Shown: positions 7,336 through 15,549 of the stretch, piece after piece | How the letters are laid out: each line of letters starts with the position of its first letter | Position numbering within the stretch: position 1 is the first letter of the stretch | Notes under the pieces: model-generated | What the model was told of the DNA's origin: nothing | The model's database searches: none | What the model saw: only the letters and a program-made list of their open reading frames with translations | Virus record (IMG/VR): IMGVR_UViG_3300039239_000004 | Span: 1 to 46,490 of that record | Origin: a virus | Lineage: Duplodnaviria > Caudoviricetes | Reading direction: 5' to 3' (one strand) | DNA: 46,490 nt | Made by a program: the position numbers and the translations under genes

Positions 7336-7392
7336 TTAGTTGGCGACGAACAACGCAAAGCCGAGGCTTTTCTAGCTACAGCGCCGCAGGCC

Positions 7393-8466
7393 TCACGACC
7401 GCACCCACTGTCCCGCCTCATCGTCCCGCAGCCTAGCACCTGCCCATACCACTTGGCCCAGCACGCGGGCAGGGTGCCCGTTCTCCAGAGGGATGTCCGG
7501 ATAGTTGGGGTTGAACGATCTTGCTACCCAACGGCCGGTGAGCTTGTCCTTCGCCACCGTCTTTACGATCATCTTGCCGTCATAGTTGATCGCATAGACG
7601 CCACCAGCGGCCAAGTCGCGGATGGTCAGATCCTCGTTCGAGACGAAGAGTAGGGCGGCGCCGTCTCTGATTACGGGCTCCATGCTGTCGCCTTTTGCAT
7701 ACACCACCCTTCCTTTCCCTGAGGCTGCCCCCACGGACCGCAAGAACGATCGGCGGAACTGCAACACTCCCGTTTGGGTTTCGTCGTGGTTCTCGATGCC
7801 GTCGCCAGCGGCAAGCCGCACATCGGACAGTTCCGGCACAGCTTCGAACTCGTCGTTTTCGGCATGTGGCTCACCTGGGCCGGCATTGGCGACTACGGTA
7901 TCCCGCTTCGCAAGGCTTAGCTTTGGCTCAAGCTCCGCCTGATAGGTCGTTTTCCCGCCTTCCCAAGGTGCCGGCAGGCCCGGTATCCGCATGGGGAAGG
8001 CGTCGTCAGCGTGGTCCATGTCGACCAGGCCGCCGGGTTTGTGCGACCGCAAGGCCGCCGCAGTTGGATTTGGCAGTTGGGCCGCTTTAGGCGCAACGTC
8101 GACGCCAAGCTTTAACTGCGCAATCGCTAAGGCTAAAGCCCCTTGTAAAGCGTTCAGTTGAGCGGGTGGAAGCGCGCGCACATCCTGTTCGGAAATATCT
8201 GGGAAGGGCCAGGGTGCTGCCGGCTCACGAATCGCGGAGGGCGCGGCGCCAGTGTCTCCCTTCTTAGGCCCAGCGCCGTCCATCAGCCATTCGACGTTCA
8301 CATTCAAGGCGCGCGCCAGGTCCAGGAACAGGGACGACCCCTTATTCCTCCCGTTTTCGATGCTGGCAATCGTGGACTGACCCGCCCCTACGGCTTTCGC
8401 CAATTGGGCCTGGGATAGTCCTGCTTCGGTCCTTGCTTCAGCAAGGCGGTCTTTAAGGGCGCTCAT
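7393..8466 (-). CDS. cI: CI-like repressor (XRE HTH + S24 autopeptidase)
   Basis: LKDRLAEARTEAGLSQAQLAKAVG HTH; LAAGDG Ala-Gly site; GDSMEP Ser and IVKTV Lys dyad. Start set at ATG 8466. Confidence 0.92.
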   Translation of the reverse strand: MSALKDRLAEARTEAGLSQAQLAKAVGAGQSTIASIENGRNKGSSLFLDLARALNVNVEWLMDGAGPKKGDTGAAPSAIREPAAPWPFPDISEQDVRALPPAQLNALQGALALAIAQLKLGVDVAPKAAQLPNPTAAALRSHKPGGLVDMDHADDAFPMRIPGLPAPWEGGKTTYQAELEPKLSLAKRDTVVANAGPGEPHAENDEFEAVPELSDVRLAAGDGIENHDETQTGVLQFRRSFLRSVGAASGKGRVVYAKGDSMEPVIRDGAALLFVSNEDLTIRDLAAGGVYAINYDGKMIVKTVAKDKLTGRWVARSFNPNYPDIPLENGHPARVLGQVVWAGARLRDDEAGQWVRS

Positions 8467-8532
8467 ATCGCAATTGTGATACTTACGGCAATCGCAATGG
8501 CGCTTGCGTGATAAGCGCAATTGCGATTAAAT
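8466..8532. promoter_or_regulatory. OR region: three operators and PR/PRM-like promoters
   Basis: TATCGCAATTGTGATA (8466-8481), AATCGCAATGGCGCTT (8490-8505) and AAGCGCAATTGCGATT (8513-8528). PR candidate TTGCGT, 17 nt, TTAAAT. Confidence 0.85.
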
Positions 8533-8537
8533 GGCGC

Positions 8538-8759
8538 ATGGACTGGAAAAACCTCATCTCTGATCTGCAAGCCATCGGCTGGACGCAAGTCCGAATCGCG
8601 AAAGCGATGGGAGACAAGCCTCAATCTTGGGTGGCTGACATTTGCAAGGGCCGATACCGCGACTTGAAGTGGTCGGATGGCGAACGCCTCATCAAATTGC
8701 ACCGCCGTGAGACTCGCCGTTCCGTTACGAAGCGCGCAGAGGAAGCGAGGGCGGCATGA
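8538..8759 (+). CDS. cro: Cro-like HTH repressor
   Basis: MDWKNLISDLQAIGWTQVRIAKAMGDKPQSWVADICKG HTH; divergent from cI across OR. Confidence 0.8.
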   Translation: MDWKNLISDLQAIGWTQVRIAKAMGDKPQSWVADICKGRYRDLKWSDGERLIKLHRRETRRSVTKRAEEARAA

Positions 8760-8761
8760 CG

Positions 8762-8926
8762 TCAATGCACCGAAGCCGATTCGCGGCCCTCACTCGCCCA
8801 CGCCATGCGGTCACGTTCGGCGCACAGCTCCTTAAAGATTTCCAGTACCGCCGTTTCGGTGGGGTCGATGAACGTGCGCTTGGCCACTGCGGCCGCGTTC
8901 TTCAAAAGCTGCTCGGTCTCGGTCAT
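8762..8926 (-). CDS. 54-aa hypothetical protein antisense to the right operon (not in ORF track)
   Basis: MTETEQLLKNAAAVAKRTFIDPTETAVLEIFKELCAERDRMAWASEGRESASVH; ATGA-coupled to 8923..9081. Confidence 0.55.
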   Translation of the reverse strand: MTETEQLLKNAAAVAKRTFIDPTETAVLEIFKELCAERDRMAWASEGRESASVH

Positions 8927-9081
8927 TTCTGTTCGGCGTCTTCGGCGGAAGTTTCTACGTCCTGCGGCTTCGCGGTCTCGCTTTCGGCCGTTTGCTCGGA
9001 CGGCTGAGAGAGAAGGGTGGCGTCGATGCGCACGAACAGATGCGCTCGGGTCACAGGTTTGGATTCGTTGTTGTTTTCCAT
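8923..9081 (-). CDS. 52-aa acidic hypothetical protein
   Basis: MENNNESKPVTRAHLFVRIDATLL..., downstream of a TATAAA box; stop overlaps the next ATG. Confidence 0.4.
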   Translation of the reverse strand: MENNNESKPVTRAHLFVRIDATLLSQPSEQTAESETAKPQDVETSAEDAEQK

Positions 9082-9144
9082 GTGCCGAACTTTATAGACG
9101 GCGCAGAAATACCGAAACGTTGAAATTTTGAAGGAATCAGCCCT

Positions 9145-9666
9145 ATGACCGCTCACTACACAAATACCCAGTGGCGCGACACGCTCTACAACACAGTGCG
9201 CAAGGCTGATGGCGGCGTTTCAGCGGCTGCGACGTTCCTCACCGAGCGACGTGACACGTCCATTCATCCTGAGTCCCTGCGCCGCAAGCTGAAGGGCGAC
9301 GAGCAACTGGACATTGACGTTGCGGTCCTGCTGACCGAGTGGCTGGAAAGAGACATCACCACGTCCGACAAGTCCCGCGATTGGTTGCTGTCGCTTTGCG
9401 CGCAGGAAGGGCTGTTCGTGGATTTCGTTCCGCCGCCGCCGGCCAGCGGTCATCCGGACGAACTGGCGGCTCTCCAAGAAAAGCTGATGGAAGTCATGGC
9501 GAAGGTGGGCAAGATCGCCGCCGAGCTCCGTGATGCGATCGCTGATGGTGTGTTGTGCCAGAACGACGCCGACATGCTCGTACCGCTGTTCCGTGCAGGC
9601 CGCGTGATCTTGCATCGGATGGAGCGCAATGTACTGCGCGCGGTGTCGAAGGGACGGGCGCAATGA
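9145..9666 (+). CDS. CII-like phage regulatory protein
   Basis: Position after cro; HTH-like GGVSAAATFL...ESLRRKL; C-terminal GKIAAELRDAIADGVL typical of the CII family. Confidence 0.7.
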   Translation: MTAHYTNTQWRDTLYNTVRKADGGVSAAATFLTERRDTSIHPESLRRKLKGDEQLDIDVAVLLTEWLERDITTSDKSRDWLLSLCAQEGLFVDFVPPPPASGHPDELAALQEKLMEVMAKVGKIAAELRDAIADGVLCQNDADMLVPLFRAGRVILHRMERNVLRAVSKGRAQ

Positions 9667-10076
9667 TGGACAAACAAGTGTTCGTCCTGTCGCACCCGTT
9701 GGCACGGCGCAACGCTGCCTACGCTTGCTCCAACGCGCCGGAAGGCTACCGAGTGGAGATCAAGCCTCGTACTCGCACGCTGGCGCAGAACGACATGATG
9801 TGGTCGATCCTGACCGACATCAGCCGCCAAGTTGAATTCATCGTCAATGGCGCGCTCGTGAAGGTGGCGCCGGAAGAGGTCAAGGACATCCTGACGGCCG
9901 GCCTGCGCCGTGAAACACGGATGGCGATGGGCATTGACGGCGGCATGGTCCTGCTTGGCCAACGCACCAGCAAGATGACCGTGAATCAGATGACGGAACT
10001 CATCGAACTCGCCTACGCCTTCGGTAATGAGAAGGGCGTTGACTGGTCTCGTACCAGCCTTGGGAGAGATGCGTGA
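9663..10076 (+). CDS. ninB: NinB-family recombination protein
   Basis: VEIKPRTRTLAQNDMMWSILTDISRQV...VLLGQRTSKMTVNQMTELIELAYAFG. Confidence 0.88.
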   Translation: MMDKQVFVLSHPLARRNAAYACSNAPEGYRVEIKPRTRTLAQNDMMWSILTDISRQVEFIVNGALVKVAPEEVKDILTAGLRRETRMAMGIDGGMVLLGQRTSKMTVNQMTELIELAYAFGNEKGVDWSRTSLGRDA

Positions 10077-10531
10077 TTCGCAACTCCACCCTTCAGCGCA
10101 AGACGCCCATGAAGCGCGCCAAGGCCGCCCGTAGCGAAGGGATTGGCCGCAAGGTCGAGATTGTCATGGGCTTCTATCGCCCTCCAGGCCACAAGTTGCC
10201 GACGTTGCTGCGCAGTGAGCAACACCGCCGCAACGTAGCCGCGCTGGGCTGCCTGGTGACCGGCAAGCCCGCGCAGGCTTGCCATGTGAACTTGGGGAAG
10301 GGCGGCGCACTGAAGGCGTGCGACAGCCTGTGCTTCCCGCTGAACCCCGAACTGCACCGCCAGCATGACCAGGGTGGCATTCCGCGCGCTGAGCGCTGGA
10401 AACGTGAATGGGAATACGTGGATGCAACCCGCGCTGCGTTGATGCAGTTGGGAAAGTGGTCGGCAGAAGTGGAGTTGCACTACCAGCGCGCCGTCGAGCC
10501 GCTGCGCCGTCTGGTGAAGGGTGACGAATGA
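10073..10531 (+). CDS. DUF968/Ref-like HNH-fold protein
   Basis: RSEQHRRNVAALGCLVTG...ACHV...KACDSLCFPLNPELHRQHD. Confidence 0.65.
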   Translation: MIRNSTLQRKTPMKRAKAARSEGIGRKVEIVMGFYRPPGHKLPTLLRSEQHRRNVAALGCLVTGKPAQACHVNLGKGGALKACDSLCFPLNPELHRQHDQGGIPRAERWKREWEYVDATRAALMQLGKWSAEVELHYQRAVEPLRRLVKGDE

Positions 10532-10627
10532 GTTGTTTGCACACGCCTAGGGTAGCTCCTGAAAAGCCTGTCAGCCCGTCAGGCCTGGCGCTGTGTTTTT
10601 TCCTTAACGGGCAGCAAAAGGGCAGCT

Positions 10628-10798
10628 ATGAAAATGCATGATCTGGAAGTGGCGGTGTGTGGCGAGGAAATCATGATTGCTCAAACCAATGAAGTGGGGG
10701 AGCAAGTAGTCATCATGATTTCTGCCGAACAAGCCCAGCTTGTTTGCGAGTGGATCCGCGGCGCATCGAACGCACTTCAAAAGAGCGGGAGCGTGTAG
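10628..10798 (+). CDS. 56-aa hypothetical protein (not in ORF track)
   Basis: MKMHDLEVAVCGEEIMIAQTNEVGEQVVIMISAEQAQLVCEWIRGASNALQKSGSV fills the gap before the initiator gene. Confidence 0.55.
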   Translation: MKMHDLEVAVCGEEIMIAQTNEVGEQVVIMISAEQAQLVCEWIRGASNALQKSGSV

Positions 10799-10800
10799 CG

Positions 10801-11697
10801 ATGCGTGATTATGGGAAGGTCTCCCCCCAATTCTGGATCGGTGAAACCGGGAAGCGTCTGCGTAAGGCAGGCGCCGAGGCTCAGGTTGTTTCTCTTTACC
10901 TGATGACCTGCTCACACTCCAACATGATCGGCCTTTATTACCTGCCGGTCATGTACATCGCGCATGAAACTGGCTTGGGCATGGAAGGGGCTTTGAAGGG
11001 ACTTCAAAGGGCCTCAGAAGCCGGGTTTTGTCAGTACGACGAGGCTTCTGAGATGGTTTGGGTCATCGAAATGGCCAAGTTCCAGATCGATGCGGAGCTT
11101 TCGGCTGCTGATAAGCGATGCAAGGGCGTGCAAAACGAGTATGACGCGCAACCCGAGAACCCTTATTTGGCACGGTTCTTCGAGCGATACGGGGCTGCTT
11201 ATCACATGACCAAAATGAGGGGAGAAATCAGTGGGAAAGAAAGCCTCTTAGAAGCCCCTTCGGAGACCCTTGGAAGCCAAGAGCAAGAACAAGAACAAGA
11301 ACATGGAACAGATACCCCCTCTGGCTTGCCGCCAGAGCCGGTGCCTCCTGCCGATCCTGCAAAGCAGAAAGGAAAATCTGCCGTCACGCTGAAAACGTTT
11401 ATGGATGACTGCCAGTCCAGAGGTGAGTCAGTCATCGAAGGCTACGAGCCTGTTTTGAAGTACGCCGAGAAAGTGGGCCTGCCGGAGGAAATGCTCAGCC
11501 TGTGTTGGGTTGAATTTAAGTCGAAGTATCTGCCGGGCGGGGTGAACGCATCGAAGAAGTACAAGGACTGGCGTTTGGCGTTCCTTGGCTGTGTGCGTGA
11601 CAACTGGTTCAAGCTGTGGTGGGTTGGTGATCAGGGAGAATTCGGCTTGACCACACGAGGAAAGCAGGCTGAATTGGTGTGCAAGGAGGCAGCATGA
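10801..11697 (+). CDS. phage replication initiator (O-like)
   Basis: MRDYGKVSPQFW...LYLMTCSHSNMIGLY N-terminus, QEQEQE linker and KYKDW C-terminal motif; directly upstream of dnaB; contains iterons. Confidence 0.8.
   Translation: MRDYGKVSPQFWIGETGKRLRKAGAEAQVVSLYLMTCSHSNMIGLYYLPVMYIAHETGLGMEGALKGLQRASEAGFCQYDEASEMVWVIEMAKFQIDAELSAADKRCKGVQNEYDAQPENPYLARFFERYGAAYHMTKMRGEISGKESLLEAPSETLGSQEQEQEQEHGTDTPSGLPPEPVPPADPAKQKGKSAVTLKTFMDDCQSRGESVIEGYEPVLKYAEKVGLPEEMLSLCWVEFKSKYLPGGVNASKKYKDWRLAFLGCVRDNWFKLWWVGDQGEFGLTTRGKQAELVCKEAA
10984..11310. repeat. putative origin iterons inside the initiator gene
   Basis: GAAGGGGCTT-like units at 10984, 10995 and 11006; inverted AAGCCCCTT-like units at 11241, 11252 and 11263 (11-bp period); then (CAAGAA)n. 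Confidence 0.6.
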
Positions 11698-13088
11698 GCG
11701 CCGAAGCCGTGCGTGTACCGCCGCATTCTGTCGAAGCAGAGCAGGGCGTCTTGGGCGGCCTGTTGCAGGACAGCCGCGCCTGGGATCGCCTCGGTGACCT
11801 CCTGAACGCGGATGACTTCTACCGCCACGATCATCGGCTGATCTTCGAAGCCACGGTGCGCCTGCTGAACAGCAGCAAGCCGGCCGACGTCCTGACCGTC
11901 CACGACGCGCTGCAAGCCCAGGGGCGTGCTGAAGCGGCCGGCGGCTTGGCGTATCTGAACGCGATCGCCAGCAACGTGCCCAGCAGCGCCAACGTGCGCA
12001 GCTATGGCGAGATCGTCCGCGCGCATCGAGTTCGCCGCGACGTCCTGACGCTGGGCCACGACATTGCGGAACTGGCAGCCAACGAAACCGGCGATTCGTC
12101 CGTGTTGGTTGAGCAGGCTACCGGGCTTGCCATGGCTCTGGCCGACACGCGCCAGGCGGGGCGTGAGCCTGTCGAGGTGGGCTTCCTGCTGCGAGAGGTT
12201 ATCGAATCCCTGGAAGCCCGTGGTGAGTGTGCCGGCGGCATTTCTGGGCTTTCCAGTGGGTTCACGGATTTGGATCAGAAGACGAGCGGCTTCCAAGCTG
12301 GCGACCTGATCATCGTGGCCGGGCGCCCCTCAATGGGCAAGACGACGTTCGCGATCAACATCGCGGAGAACGTGACCGAGGAAGATGGCGTTGCGCTAGT
12401 GATTTCCCTGGAAATGGCGGCGGCCCAGTTGGTTGAGCGGTCCATTGCGCGCTACGGCGCGATCGACACCCAGCGCTTGCGCACGGGAAAGCTTCAAGAC
12501 GGCGATTGGCCAAGGCTCACGCACGCCATCCAACTCCTAGAAAACCAGCGTCTGATTATTGCCGATGACCCCAGCCTGTCGAACGTTGCTCGTATCCGGC
12601 TGGCGGCCCGCAAGGTGAAGCAGCGCCAAGGGCGGCTGGACTTGATCGTCGTCGACTACTTGCAGTTGATGCAAGGTGAAGGTTCGACGCGGAACGAAGA
12701 CCTGGGTGGAATCACCCGGGCGATCAAGCTGCTGGCCCGTGAACTGGGCTGCCCGATCATCGTTCTGTCCCAACTGTCGCGGAAGGTCGAGGAGCGTCCC
12801 AATAAGCGTCCGATCCTCAGCGACCTGCGGGAATCTGGCGCGATTGAGCAGGATGCCGACGTGGTGCTGATGGTCTACCGCGACGAGTACTACCACGAGG
12901 ACAGCCCTATGAAGGGACTCGCCGAGATCCTGATTCGCAAGCAGCGCATGGGGCCGCTGGGCGAAGTGTTTTTGACGTTCCAGGGCCAGCACTCTCGCTT
13001 CCTGGATGCGGACCAGCAAGCCGTGATCGAAGCGCGCAACGCCGTGCAGTTCAAGCCGAAACAGAAATACAGCCAGTTGAGGGACTGA
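11694..13088 (+). CDS. dnaB: replicative DNA helicase
   Basis: PPHSVEAEQGVLG; Walker A GRPSMGKTT; VVDYLQLM; LSQLSRKVEERPNKRPILSDLRESGAIEQDAD. Confidence 0.97.
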   Translation: MSAEAVRVPPHSVEAEQGVLGGLLQDSRAWDRLGDLLNADDFYRHDHRLIFEATVRLLNSSKPADVLTVHDALQAQGRAEAAGGLAYLNAIASNVPSSANVRSYGEIVRAHRVRRDVLTLGHDIAELAANETGDSSVLVEQATGLAMALADTRQAGREPVEVGFLLREVIESLEARGECAGGISGLSSGFTDLDQKTSGFQAGDLIIVAGRPSMGKTTFAINIAENVTEEDGVALVISLEMAAAQLVERSIARYGAIDTQRLRTGKLQDGDWPRLTHAIQLLENQRLIIADDPSLSNVARIRLAARKVKQRQGRLDLIVVDYLQLMQGEGSTRNEDLGGITRAIKLLARELGCPIIVLSQLSRKVEERPNKRPILSDLRESGAIEQDADVVLMVYRDEYYHEDSPMKGLAEILIRKQRMGPLGEVFLTFQGQHSRFLDADQQAVIEARNAVQFKPKQKYSQLRD

Positions 13089-13089
13089 G

Positions 13090-13464
13090 ATGACATTGGA
13101 CCGATTGACCATCCGCCTGCCTTGGCCCGACACCAGCCTGATGGCGAACCGCGAGGGCGGCAAGCACTGGGGCACCACCCATGCCGCAAAGGTCCGCGCG
13201 CGCGAGTCGGCGTTTTTCGCCGCCAAGGAGGCGCTGGGCCGCAACAGCCTGGCGCCCGCCGGCCAGGTGCCCGTGTCGATTACCTGGGTCGCGCCTAACA
13301 AGGTTCGCCGCGACCTGGACGGCCTGCTGTCGGCGGAGAAGCCGCGGCTGGACGGCATCGCCGCGGCGCTGGGCATTGACGACAGCCAGTTCCGGCCCCT
13401 CACGCTGGATGGCGCGCTGGATGCAGACAAGAAGGGCTTTGTGCTAGTGGAGATCGGACGATGA
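13090..13464 (+). CDS. rusA: RusA-like Holliday junction resolvase
   Basis: LPWP...RRDLDGLLSAEKPRLDGIAAALGIDDSQF. Confidence 0.8.
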   Translation: MTLDRLTIRLPWPDTSLMANREGGKHWGTTHAAKVRARESAFFAAKEALGRNSLAPAGQVPVSITWVAPNKVRRDLDGLLSAEKPRLDGIAAALGIDDSQFRPLTLDGALDADKKGFVLVEIGR

Positions 13465-13664
13465 CGGCTGACCTGCAAAAGTGGGAATTCCGCGACCCCA
13501 TGCTGGTCGTGATGAGCCGCCAGCAGGCCGCGATCAACCGGTCGTGCAAAGGCTGTGCGCATGCCAAGTCCATCGAGACGCCGTTCGGCGACACGATCAC
13601 GCGCTGCTTGAAGGGTAAGCCGTACGGGACGAAGTGCAACCGGTACGAGGTGGCCGATGAGTAG
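13461..13664 (+). CDS. small Cys-rich hypothetical protein
   Basis: CKGC...C...C pattern; coupled to both neighbours. Confidence 0.65.
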   Translation: MTADLQKWEFRDPMLVVMSRQQAAINRSCKGCAHAKSIETPFGDTITRCLKGKPYGTKCNRYEVADE

Positions 13665-14013
13665 CCTGACTGGTGATGATCTTTTGTGGAATTGGTGCCG
13701 CTGGAGCTGGTCAGGGACCTGCGTGGGCAACATGTCCATCTACTACGACGAGGATGTCGACCCCAGGCCCATCAACTATGACCACGCCATGGCCGTCGAG
13801 GGGATGCACGCGGCTCTACCGTGGCACGAACGGATGGTCATCATTGCCGAATACACCCAGAAGAACAACATGTTCGCCGGCATGGACGCAAAGACCCGCA
13901 TCCGCGCCGCGCTGCGCTGGATCGACACCACAACAGGAATCCGCCTCACCGAAGGCGAATACAAGATTTACCTGGGCATGTTCCGCAACCAGGTGGAAAG
14001 GAAGTTGGCATGA
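13657..14013 (+). CDS. putative Q-like late antiterminator
   Basis: LLWNWCRW N-terminus and 'AMAVEGMHAALPWHERMVIIAEY' helix pattern; located at the end of the early right operon. Confidence 0.55.
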   Translation: MSSLTGDDLLWNWCRWSWSGTCVGNMSIYYDEDVDPRPINYDHAMAVEGMHAALPWHERMVIIAEYTQKNNMFAGMDAKTRIRAALRWIDTTTGIRLTEGEYKIYLGMFRNQVERKLA

Positions 14014-14303
14014 AGTATGCGAAGGAAGTCATTGACCTGCTGGCCGCTTATCCTGGGCGCCGGTTCAAGATGAAGCAGATCATCAACTACGCAGCACCCC
14101 GGGCGGACTCACGGGAGCGCGCCGTAGTGCGTACCGGCGTATGGCGCGTGCTGGTCGCGCTGGAAGAGTGCGGCCAGATCAGCAGCACCAGGGCCGAGGC
14201 GAGTGCCCGTGTCCATGTTGAGTATTGGTGGGGGAATATAACATCGGCTCCTGGAAAACCATTTCAAGAACCATCACAATACGTGCGGGCACTTGCGCCC
14301 TGA
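14010..14303 (+). CDS. hypothetical protein (winged-helix-like)
   Basis: ATG 14010 (MKYAKEVIDLLAAYPG) overlaps the upstream stop. Confidence 0.6.
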   Translation: MKYAKEVIDLLAAYPGRRFKMKQIINYAAPRADSRERAVVRTGVWRVLVALEECGQISSTRAEASARVHVEYWWGNITSAPGKPFQEPSQYVRALAP

Positions 14304-14310
14304 AGAAATG

Positions 14311-14337
14311 AAACCTCGGCCATGCGCTGGGGTTTTT
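14311..14337 (+). terminator. rho-independent terminator
   Basis: AAACCTCGGC-CATGC-GCTGGGGTTT stem with G.U pairs, ending in a U tract. Confidence 0.6.
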
Positions 14338-14427
14338 CGTTTGAGTCTTCGCATGGACTTTGCTGTACGCGACAGCGATACTTCCCCCAGGCTTGCACTC
14401 CCGCAAGCCAACCAACAGGAGAAGCAC

Positions 14428-14781
14428 ATGCTGATTGAAGGCTTTTGGAAGGTGGATTTCGCTGCGTCTATCCCTGGCGCTGGTGGTGTCGTCGTGCTGG
14501 AGAACGGAACTATCCGCGGCGGTGATAACCAGATGATCTATAGCGGCTCATACGGCGTTTCTGGATCCGATCCTAGCGCCACGATGAGCATGACGGGCGA
14601 GCTCTCGGTGCGCGCTTACGTCGCCGGTGCAAACAGCGTGTTCAACACGGGGTCTAAGTCGTTTACCCTGACGCTGAACGGCACCACCGATGGTTCGTCG
14701 TTCCGTCTTACTGGTCCTTCGCCGGCCGGAGGCCCAGGAATTGCCATCACTGGCAAGTTCATCGCGCCGCTGGACTTCTAA
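14428..14781 (+). CDS. GrlR-family beta-barrel protein (moron)
   Basis: MLIEGFWKVDF...GGVVVLENGTIRGGDNQMIYSGSY resembles the GrlR N-terminus; AGGAG SD; terminators on both sides. Confidence 0.7.
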   Translation: MLIEGFWKVDFAASIPGAGGVVVLENGTIRGGDNQMIYSGSYGVSGSDPSATMSMTGELSVRAYVAGANSVFNTGSKSFTLTLNGTTDGSSFRLTGPSPAGGPGIAITGKFIAPLDF

Positions 14782-14800
14782 GAAAACCGCATTATTTTCG

Positions 14801-14823
14801 AGCCGCCTTCGGGTGGCTTTTTT
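14801..14823 (+). terminator. rho-independent terminator
   Basis: AGCCGCC-TTCG-GGTGGCT followed by a T run. Confidence 0.85.
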
Positions 14824-15225
14824 GTTTCCAGAGAGCAGGGGCCAGAGAGAACCGTCCGCTGGGCCGCACGGGCACCGGCTGGCAGACGTCATGCTCCGGC
14901 TTCTGCTCTGTGGGAACAGCCGCCGCAATCGACCAGCTCGCAGCGCGCCTATGGCCAATGCTGCACTCGGGGATAGCCCCGTACCGCTGGCTCCGACCGG
15001 CGCCGCCCGTTAAGCCCCTATCGGTCCAACCAGCGCACACACAGGTGCGCCGAGGGGTGGGCCCCACAACCTACAAGTACCCCCATGAGGCGCCCGAGCA
15101 GGCCTGGCGCCGCGCAGGGGAAAATGCGCGGGATCTTTCTTCCGGTCTTGTCGCCGGCGGCCAGCATGACGAGAACCGCGGCGCCCAGCCCGTCAAGGCG
15201 GGTAGACGGATGGGCGCGGGTTGCA

Positions 15226-15486
15226 TTAGCTCACGGCACGCAGTATGTCCGCGAGCGGATTTGTTGACCGGTAGTTGGCGTGGTTCACCTCAACCAAGCC
15301 AAAGTCCCCGCGGAGCTTCTCGAGCCCAGCCACAATAACGTCTAGTTCATGTGTGGACTGGAATGAAGAAATGTTGTCCCACTCGCCAGTACCGAAGACA
15401 ACTCCATCAATTGCGAATAACGCTGCTACTTCGTTGGCTACAGTTTGGTTCTTCGTAAAAAGCACATAGCGAAATACTTTTTGCAT
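15226..15486 (-). CDS. hypothetical moron protein (86 aa)
   Basis: AGGAGG SD before ATG 15486; AT-richer than its flanks; antisense to the late operon. Confidence 0.65.
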   Translation of the reverse strand: MQKVFRYVLFTKNQTVANEVAALFAIDGVVFGTGEWDNISSFQSTHELDVIVAGLEKLRGDFGLVEVNHANYRSTNPLADILRAVS

Positions 15487-15549
15487 AACACCTCCTGTGA
15501 TGCGCAGGGTGCGCCGAGGGATCATAGCCGCTAAGAAGAGAGTATCAAC

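Noticed and set aside
8467-8537. Longer N-termini for cI (8520) and cro (8508) given by the ORF track
   Set aside because: They would overlap each other and run through the three operators; the HTH domains begin at 8466 and 8538.
8825-8906. nutR boxA candidates (GCTCCTTAAA, CGTTCTTCAAAA) downstream of cro
   Set aside because: The position fits, but both deviate from consensus and lie inside an antisense ORF; too weak to call.
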